Source of the DNA: an uncultured Aquificales bacterium
GTDB taxonomy: Bacteria > Thermosulfidibacterota > Thermosulfidibacteria > Thermosulfidibacterales > Thermosulfidibacteraceae
Assembly: GCA_964453345.1 (NCBI GenBank)
Contig: CAYVOC010000024.1
Span: 1 to 21,812 of the forward strand
DNA: 21,812 nucleotides
Direction of reading: 5' to 3'
Both the position numbers and the translations under genes were made by a program. Numbering within the stretch: the first letter of the stretch is position 1; each line of letters starts with the position of its first letter. The notes under the pieces were generated by a model that was given only the letters and a program-made list of their open reading frames with translations, was not told the DNA's origin and did not search any database. Shown piece by piece: positions 15,604-21,812 of this stretch.

Positions 15604-15620
15604 ATCTGCTGGAGGTTCTT

Positions 15621-16652
15621 ATGGAGAAGGAGAGGGAAAAGGCGCTTGAGGCCGCTATATCGCAGATAGAGAAGCAGTTTGGCAAGGGTTCAATAATGAA
15701 GCTTGGAGAAAAACAGGCCCTTCTTGATGTCAGGGTGATTCCCACGGGGGCCTTGAGCCTTGATATAGCCCTTGGCATAGGGGGTATCCCCAGGGGCAGA
15801 ATAACGGAGATCTTTGGTCTTGAGGCAAGCGGAAAAACGACGCTTGCTCTCTCAATTGTGGCGCAGGCCCAGAAGGAGGGTGGAGTTGCGGCCTTCATAG
15901 ATGCGGAGCATGCCCTTGATCCCGTCTACGCCAGAAAGATAGGGGTTGACACCGAAAATCTGCTCATTTCTCAACCGGACACGGGAGAACAGGCCCTCGA
16001 GGTGGCGGAAACCTTGGTGAGAAGCGGTGCGGTTGATGTGATAGTTATAGATTCGGTTGCTGCCCTTGTCCCCAAGGCGGAGCTTGAGGGGGATATGGGG
16101 GACACCCATGTTGGGCTTCAGGCAAGGCTCATGTCCCAGGCTTTGAGAAAGCTTACAGGGGTGGTGAGCAAATCCAACACGGCCCTCATATTCATAAATC
16201 AGGTAAGGAAAACCATAGGTCCTTCCTTCTTCGGCGGGGGAGGGGAAACCACCACAGGTGGCATGGCCCTCAAGTTTTACGCATCCGTCAGGCTTGACAT
16301 TAAGAAAGTGGGCACCATGAGGGACAAAAGCGGGCAGATCCTCGGTATAAGGTCCCGGGTAAAGGTGGTCAAAAATAAACTCGCTCCCCCCTTTAAGGAG
16401 GCGGAGTTTGATATAATCTATGGGGAGGGGATCTCCCACGAGGGATGCCTTGTTGATCTTGGCCTTAATTACGGTTTCGTGACCAAGAGCGGTTCCTGGT
16501 TCTCCTACGGTGATATAAGGCTCGGTCAGGGCAGGGAGAACGCCATCCAGTATCTCAGGGAGAATCCGGAGGTGGCGGCGGAGCTGGAAAGAAAAATAAA
16601 GAAGGCCGCCGGATTGTTGAAGGAGGAGGAGGGTGTATCCGAAGGAGCTTGA
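15621..16652 (+). CDS. recA: Recombinase RecA
   Basis: Motifs [26 protein letters not shown], Walker [20 protein letters not shown], Walker [47 protein letters not shown] precedes ATG 15621. Confidence 0.98.
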   Translation: MEKEREKALEAAISQIEKQFGKGSIMKLGEKQALLDVRVIPTGALSLDIALGIGGIPRGRITEIFGLEASGKTTLALSIVAQAQKEGGVAAFIDAEHALDPVYARKIGVDTENLLISQPDTGEQALEVAETLVRSGAVDVIVIDSVAALVPKAELEGDMGDTHVGLQARLMSQALRKLTGVVSKSNTALIFINQVRKTIGPSFFGGGGETTTGGMALKFYASVRLDIKKVGTMRDKSGQILGIRSRVKVVKNKLAPPFKEAEFDIIYGEGISHEGCLVDLGLNYGFVTKSGSWFSYGDIRLGQGRENAIQYLRENPEVAAELERKIKKAAGLLKEEEGVSEGA

Positions 16653-17760
16653 GGCTATAGCCGAGAGGGCCGTTGAGTGCAGGGCCTCTGACATCCACTT
16701 GAGGGTTGGTTCAAAGCCCCTCTTCAGGATAGATGGTGAACTCGTCCGCCAGGAGGAGTTCGAGGTTGTTGATGTTGAGCTTATGAAAACCATAGTTGAT
16801 GGCATTCTGCCCGAAAGAAAAAAGAAGGACATCGAGATACAGGGATCGGCCGACTTCGCCATAGGCATATCCGGCGTTGGAAGGTTCAGGGTCAACCTCT
16901 TTCTCCAGAGGGGAACCTACGCCATAGTTATGAGGATCGTCCCCTTTGATGTGCCCGACTTTGAAGAGCTGAATCTGCCAGAGGTCATAAGAAGAATAGC
17001 GGATCAGGAAAGAAGAGGCTTGATCCTGGTTACCGGCATAACGGGTTCGGGTAAGTCCACCACCCTTGCTGCCATGATAAAATACATAGCGAAGAACAGG
17101 CCCGTGAACATTATCACCATTGAAGACCCCATAGAGTATCTCATATCCGATGCCAAGGGCATAGTTTCCCAGAGGGAGCTTGGCACCGATTTTCACGATT
17201 TCGCTCAAGCCCTAAGGGCCGCTCTGAGACAGGATCCGGATGTGATAATGGTGGGTGAAATGAGGGATCTTGAGACCATCAGAACCGCCCTTCTTGCAGC
17301 GGAGACCGGTCACTTAGTTTTGTCCACTCTGCACACCCTTGATGCTCCCGAGACCGTAAACAGGATCATCGGCGCCTATCCTCCCCATGAGCAGGAGAGC
17401 GTCAGATTACAGCTTGCATCTGTTCTGAGGGCCACCATATCCCAGAGGCTCATTCCCAAGGTGGGTGGGGGCAGGGTGCCTGCCTGTGAGGTGATGATAA
17501 ACACTCCTGCCATAAAGGAGTGCATTCTCAATCCTGAGAAGTTTGACGAGATAAGGGTGCTTATAGAGAAGGGGAAGGAGGCCTACGGAACCCAGACCTT
17601 TGATCAGTCCCTATACGATCTATACAAAAGAGGGCTTATAACCTACGAGGACGCCTTGGCAAACGCCACAAACAGGGACGACTTTGAGCTTAGGGTTAAG
17701 GGAATAATGAGCACCGCCGAAATGATGGGCGGTGCCGATTCAAATATAACAAAGTTTTGA
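16633..17760 (+). CDS. pilT: PilT/PilU family type IV pilus retraction ATPase
   Basis: Motifs [74 protein letters not shown]. The AIRNLIRE box is degenerate (AIKECILN), suggesting a PilT paralog. The GTG start overlaps the recA end by 20 nt. Confidence 0.9.
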   Translation: MYPKELEAIAERAVECRASDIHLRVGSKPLFRIDGELVRQEEFEVVDVELMKTIVDGILPERKKKDIEIQGSADFAIGISGVGRFRVNLFLQRGTYAIVMRIVPFDVPDFEELNLPEVIRRIADQERRGLILVTGITGSGKSTTLAAMIKYIAKNRPVNIITIEDPIEYLISDAKGIVSQRELGTDFHDFAQALRAALRQDPDVIMVGEMRDLETIRTALLAAETGHLVLSTLHTLDAPETVNRIIGAYPPHEQESVRLQLASVLRATISQRLIPKVGGGRVPACEVMINTPAIKECILNPEKFDEIRVLIEKGKEAYGTQTFDQSLYDLYKRGLITYEDALANATNRDDFELRVKGIMSTAEMMGGADSNITKF

Positions 17761-17775
17761 GTAAAGGGGGGATAG

Positions 17776-20427
17776 ATGGAGTCCCGCCAGGTCAGGGAAA
17801 CCTTTCTGCAGTTCTTTGAAAAGAAGGGGCACACGAGGGTTAAAAGCTCGTCTCTTATTCCCCACGGTGATCCCACGCTGCTTTTCACAAACGCCGGTAT
17901 GGTTCAGTTCAAAAACGTCTTTCTCGGTCTTGAGAAGCGCCCCTATACCAGGGCCACCTCCTGTCAGAAGTGCGTCAGGGCCGGTGGAAAGCACAACGAC
18001 CTTGAGAACGTTGGCAAAACCGCAAGGCACCACACCTTCTTTGAAATGCTGGGCAACTTCTCCTTCGGGGATTACTTCAAGAGGGAGGCCATACTCTACG
18101 CCTGGGAGCTTTTGACGGAGGTTTACAAGCTTCCCAAGGATAAGCTCTGGGTGACCATATACAAGGATGACGACGAGGCCTTTGAGATATGGACAAAGGA
18201 GGTGGGATTCCCCGCAGAGAGGATCGTTCGCATGGGGGAGAAGGACAATTTCTGGGCCATGGGGGATACGGGTCCCTGCGGGCCATGCTCTGAGATCATC
18301 ATAGATCAGGGTGAGGATATGGCCTGCGGGCCCAACTGCGGAATAGACTCCTGCGATTGCGACAGGTTCCTTGAGCTGTGGAATCTGGTTTTTATGCAGT
18401 ATAACAGGGATGAGAAGGGCAACCTCACCCCCCTGCCCAAGCCCAGCATAGACACGGGGATGGGACTTGAAAGGATAACTGCAGTTCTTCAGGGGGTGAA
18501 AAGCAACTTTGACACCGATCTTTTCAGGCCCCTCATAGAGTTTGTGTGCAACGAAACAGGCAAAAACTACGGGGAGAACGAGCGCTGGGATGTTTCCATA
18601 AGGGTCCTTGCAGATCATGCGAGGGCCACGGCCTTTCTGCTTGCGGATGGGCTTCTGCCGTCCAACGAGGGAAGGGGGTATGTTCTGAGGCGCATAATAA
18701 GAAGGGCCTCAAGGTATGCAAGGCTTCTGGGCTACGAGAAGCCCCTTCTTTATAAAGTGTGCGGTGTGGTTGTTGACAAGATGAAGGACGTCTATCCCGA
18801 GCTTGAGGATGCTAAGGATTTCATAGCCCAGGTCGCCAAGGCTGAGGAGGAGAGATTCGCCCACACCCTCGAGCAGGGAATGAAGGTTCTTGATGAGATA
18901 ATAGAGGATCTTAAGGCGAAGGGAGAGAGGGTTATCCCGGGGGATCAGCTCTTCAGGCTGTATGACACCTACGGTTTCCCCCTTGATCTGGTGCAGGATG
19001 CGGCGAATGAGGAGGGCCTTGAGCTGGACATGGAGGGCTTTGAAAGGTGCATGCAGCAGCAGAGGGAGAAGGCGCGTGCAGCCTGGGTCGGGACGGGAGA
19101 TGATGCAGCCCAGCCCGTTTACAAAAAGGCCCTTGAGAAGTGCGGCCCCACCACCTTTGTGGGGTATGAAGTGGATGAAGCCGATACCCAGGTTGTGGGC
19201 ATAATAAAGGATGGAGAGCTGGTGGATGAGCTGAAGGAGGGGGAGGAGGGAGAGCTGATACTGAAAGAAACCCCCTTCTACGGCGAGGCTGGAGGACAGG
19301 TTGGAGATGTGGGAGTTATAAAATCTGACGATGCCCTTTTTGAGGTTGCCGATACAAAGAGGCCTCTCAGGGAGCTTTTTGTCCACAGGGGCAGACTTAA
19401 GAGGGGTGTTTTAAGGGTAGGGGACAGGGTTGAGGCCAAGATTGACTCCGCCAGAAGAAGATCCACGGAAGCCCATCACACGGCCACCCATCTCCTCCAC
19501 TGGGCGCTGAGAGAGGTGCTCGGCCCCCATGTGAAGCAGGCTGGATCCCTTGTGGCTCCTGACAGACTCAGATTTGACTTCACCCACTTCAAGGCCCTGA
19601 CCGACGAGGAGATTGAGAGAATAGAGAGATTGATAAACGACAGAATCTGGCAGGACTTTGAGGTTTACAAGTTTGAGACCTCCCTTGATGACGCCCTGAA
19701 GATGGGGGCCATGGCCCTGTTCGGGGAGAAATACGGCGAAAGGGTCAGGGTGGTGAAGGTGGGTGATTTCAGCATAGAGCTGTGCGGCGGAACCCATGTG
19801 GCGAGAACCGGAAACATTGGCATGTTCAAGGTGGTTTCTGAAAGCGCAGTTTCTGCCGGAGTCAGAAGGATTGAGGCGGTCTGCAGGGATGCCGCCTACG
19901 AGTATCTGCTCAAAAAAGAGAGGATACTCAAGCAGGTTGATGAGTTGCTCAAGGCGAGAGAGGGTGAGGAGGCGGATAGAATAGAGAAGCTGCACAGAAG
20001 AATAAAAGAGCTGGAGAAGGAGCTTGAGAAGGCCAAGAGCTTTTCCGTCTCCGATGTCATAGATGATATAGTTAAGAAGGCGGTTGAGGTTGAGGATTAC
20101 AGGGTTGCCTGGGCGGTTCTTGACGATGTTGATATGGGGACCCTGAGGGACATGGTGGATCAGCTCAAGAAGAAGCTCAAAAGGGCCGTTATACTTCTGG
20201 TTTCCAGAACGGAGAAGGGCGTTTCCATGGTGGCCGGAGTCACCGCTGATCTGATAGACAGGTTCCACGCCGGTTTCATAGTCAGGGAGGTTGCTAAGGA
20301 AGTAGGCGGTGGCGGCGGTGGCAGGCCTGATATGGCTCAGGCCGGTGGCCGCGATGCCTCAAAGATAGATGCGGCCATTGAAAGGTTCAAAAAGATTGTT
20401 GGGGTTGCCGGGGGAGGTGAATCATGA
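17776..20427 (+). CDS. alaS: Alanine--tRNA ligase
   Basis: Motifs DPTLLFTNAGMVQFK, RHHTFFEMLGNFSFGDYFK, GPCGPCSEI, IDTGMGLER, editing domain HTATHLLH and ELCGGTHV, and C-terminal GGGGGRPDMAQAGG. Confidence 0.98.
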   Translation: MESRQVRETFLQFFEKKGHTRVKSSSLIPHGDPTLLFTNAGMVQFKNVFLGLEKRPYTRATSCQKCVRAGGKHNDLENVGKTARHHTFFEMLGNFSFGDYFKREAILYAWELLTEVYKLPKDKLWVTIYKDDDEAFEIWTKEVGFPAERIVRMGEKDNFWAMGDTGPCGPCSEIIIDQGEDMACGPNCGIDSCDCDRFLELWNLVFMQYNRDEKGNLTPLPKPSIDTGMGLERITAVLQGVKSNFDTDLFRPLIEFVCNETGKNYGENERWDVSIRVLADHARATAFLLADGLLPSNEGRGYVLRRIIRRASRYARLLGYEKPLLYKVCGVVVDKMKDVYPELEDAKDFIAQVAKAEEERFAHTLEQGMKVLDEIIEDLKAKGERVIPGDQLFRLYDTYGFPLDLVQDAANEEGLELDMEGFERCMQQQREKARAAWVGTGDDAAQPVYKKALEKCGPTTFVGYEVDEADTQVVGIIKDGELVDELKEGEEGELILKETPFYGEAGGQVGDVGVIKSDDALFEVADTKRPLRELFVHRGRLKRGVLRVGDRVEAKIDSARRRSTEAHHTATHLLHWALREVLGPHVKQAGSLVAPDRLRFDFTHFKALTDEEIERIERLINDRIWQDFEVYKFETSLDDALKMGAMALFGEKYGERVRVVKVGDFSIELCGGTHVARTGNIGMFKVVSESAVSAGVRRIEAVCRDAAYEYLLKKERILKQVDELLKAREGEEADRIEKLHRRIKELEKELEKAKSFSVSDVIDDIVKKAVEVEDYRVAWAVLDDVDMGTLRDMVDQLKKKLKRAVILLVSRTEKGVSMVAGVTADLIDRFHAGFIVREVAKEVGGGGGGRPDMAQAGGRDASKIDAAIERFKKIVGVAGGGES

Positions 20428-21716
20428 AGGTTCTGGTTGTTGGACAGGGCGGTAGAGAGCACGCCCTTGTCTGGAAGATAGCCAAAAGTCCTATGGTTGA
20501 GAAGGTTTTCGCTGCTCCGGGAAATGCGGGAATAGCCGAGGAGCCGAAGACCGAGTGCGTGGATATACCGGCGAACGATCTTGAGGCCCTGAGGGACTTC
20601 GCCCTGAAGGAGAAGATAGATCTCACGGTTGTGGGACCCGAAGAACCCCTTGTCAAGGGCATAGTTGATATCTTTGAGGAGGCGGGACTCACCATATTTG
20701 GTCCCAAGAAGAATGCAGCCATCCTTGAGGGAAGCAAGGCCTTTGCCAAAAACTTCATGAAGGAGATGGGCATTCCCACAGCAGAGTTTGAAGTCTTTGA
20801 TGATCCCGACAGCGCCAAGGCTTACATAAAACAGAAGGGTGCTCCCATAGTGGTCAAGGCGGACGGTCTTGCTGCGGGCAAGGGAAGCATCGTCTGCAAA
20901 ACCGTGGAGGAGGCCCTTGATGCGGTTGACAAAATAATGGTTGAGAGAATCTTCGGGGATGCGGGAAACAAGGTGGTTGTGGAAGAGTTCATGAGGGGGG
21001 AGGAGGCATCTTTCATAGTGATAACAGATGGCGAAAACATAGTTCCCTTGGCCTCATCTCAGGATCACAAGCCCGTTTACGACAACGATGAGGGGCCCAA
21101 CACCGGCGGAATGGGGGCCTACTCCCCGGCTCCCGTGGTGACAGAAAAGATATATGAAAAGACCATGAAGGAGATAGTTATCCCCACCATAAGGGGAATG
21201 AAGGAAAGGGGAGTTCCCTTCAAAGGCGTTCTCTATGTGGGGCTTATGATAATAGACGATGAGCAGCCCAAGGTTCTTGAATACAACGTAAGATTCGGTG
21301 ATCCTGAGGCCCAGCCTATTCTAATGAGAATGAAATCCGACATAGTGGACGCCCTCATGGCTTCAATAGAGGGAAGGCTCAACGAGTGTAAAATAGAATA
21401 CACCCCTGAGGCGGCTGTCTGTGTGGTGATGGCTTCCGGCGGTTATCCCGGAAAGTATGAGAAGGGCAAAGTTATACACGGACTTGAGGAAGTGGCGAAG
21501 ATGGAAAAGGTTAAAGTCTTTCACGCCGGAACCAAAAAGGTTGACGGAAGGTTTGTCACCAACGGCGGAAGGGTCCTGGGAGTCACGGCCCTTGGAGCAG
21601 ATATAAAAGAAGCCATAGAGAGAGCCTACAGCGCCGTATCAAAGATAACCTGGGAGAACGTCCACTACAGAAAAGACATAGGCGCCAAGGCCCTGCGCAG
21701 GCTGGGGTTGATGTAG
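20424..21716 (+). CDS. purD: Phosphoribosylamine--glycine ligase
   Basis: Motifs MKVLVVGQGGREHAL, APGNAG, VVGPE, LEGSKAFAK, KADGLAAGKG, QDHK, GPNTGGMGAYSP, EYNVRFGDPE, FHAGT, TNGGRVL. ATGA overlap with alaS. Confidence 0.98.
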   Translation: MKVLVVGQGGREHALVWKIAKSPMVEKVFAAPGNAGIAEEPKTECVDIPANDLEALRDFALKEKIDLTVVGPEEPLVKGIVDIFEEAGLTIFGPKKNAAILEGSKAFAKNFMKEMGIPTAEFEVFDDPDSAKAYIKQKGAPIVVKADGLAAGKGSIVCKTVEEALDAVDKIMVERIFGDAGNKVVVEEFMRGEEASFIVITDGENIVPLASSQDHKPVYDNDEGPNTGGMGAYSPAPVVTEKIYEKTMKEIVIPTIRGMKERGVPFKGVLYVGLMIIDDEQPKVLEYNVRFGDPEAQPILMRMKSDIVDALMASIEGRLNECKIEYTPEAAVCVVMASGGYPGKYEKGKVIHGLEEVAKMEKVKVFHAGTKKVDGRFVTNGGRVLGVTALGADIKEAIERAYSAVSKITWENVHYRKDIGAKALRRLGLM

Positions 21717-21717
21717 G

Positions 21718-21733
21718 TGGTATGCGCTTTGCT
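21718..21733 (+). promoter_or_regulatory. Sigma-54 (-24/-12) promoter upstream of the prepilin-like gene
   Basis: TGGTAT-GCGCT-TTGCT with exact GG-N10-GC spacing (GG 21719-21720, GC 21731-21732), matching TGGCAC-N5-TTGCW. It lies 41 nt upstream of the ATG. Confidence 0.7.
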
Positions 21734-21774
21734 AAAATAAAAGACTGAGAGAAAAACTTTTGGGAGGTGCGGCG

Positions 21775-21812
21775 ATGAGATTTGGTAGGTCTGAGGGTGG
21801 TTTTACTTTGAT
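21775..21812 (+). CDS. Prepilin-type N-terminal cleavage/methylation domain protein (type IV pilin-like), 3'-partial
   Basis: ATG after the strong RBS GGGAGGTG. It translates MRFGRSEGG-FTL(I/M)..., a short leader followed by the class III signal G|FTL. Only 12 full codons are visible, so it is absent from the ORF track. Confidence 0.7.
   Translation, partial: MRFGRSEGGFTL

Noticed and set aside
18320-18365. Cys-rich CGPNCGIDSCDC segment in AlaRS
   Set aside because: This is a common insertion in many bacterial AlaRS proteins and is not novel.
15852-20268. Long antisense ORFs opposite recA, pilT and alaS (15852..16895, 17740..18618, 18709..19386, 19411..20268)
   Set aside because: These are typical stop-poor reverse-frame shadows of conserved housekeeping genes.
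1-21812. CRISPR arrays, tRNA/rRNA, riboswitches, IS elements, selenocysteine read-through
   Set aside because: Intergenic gaps are all under about 130 nt, with no spaced repeats, cloverleafs, transposase motifs or terminal inverted repeats. TGA stops fall at the expected family C-termini.

Overview
Gene-dense bacterial chromosomal window, probably from an anaerobic or microaerophilic thermophile. This is an inference from the K/E-rich proteins and a recA-pilT-alaS gene order like that of Desulfobacterota/Aquificota; taxonomy cannot be fixed from the sequence. From left to right: the end of a surface-glycan locus (5'-truncated GH57-like protein and a NeuB-family nonulosonate synthase), a SPOR-domain membrane protein, a divergent EF-G paralog, a tightly packed 8-gene minus-strand operon, an aromatic-acid CoA ligase transcribed divergently from that operon and followed by a terminator, an AmmeMemoRadiSam-type radical SAM gene, recA, a PilT-family ATPase, alaS, purD, and the start of a prepilin-like gene behind a sigma-54 promoter. 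The operon encodes three U32/UbiU-UbiV-like Fe-S proteins, a 4-hydroxybenzoyl-CoA-type thioesterase, an HDAC-family hydrolase, a NIL-ferredoxin, a crotonase-fold protein and a GAF hybrid kinase. The most interesting signal is this operon together with the ligase (5637-14634). It looks like a candidate O2-independent hydroxylation pathway acting on a CoA-tethered aromatic acid, unlike the known U32 substrates (prenylated ubiquinone precursors, tRNA, rRNA). No RNA genes, CRISPR arrays or mobile elements were seen.
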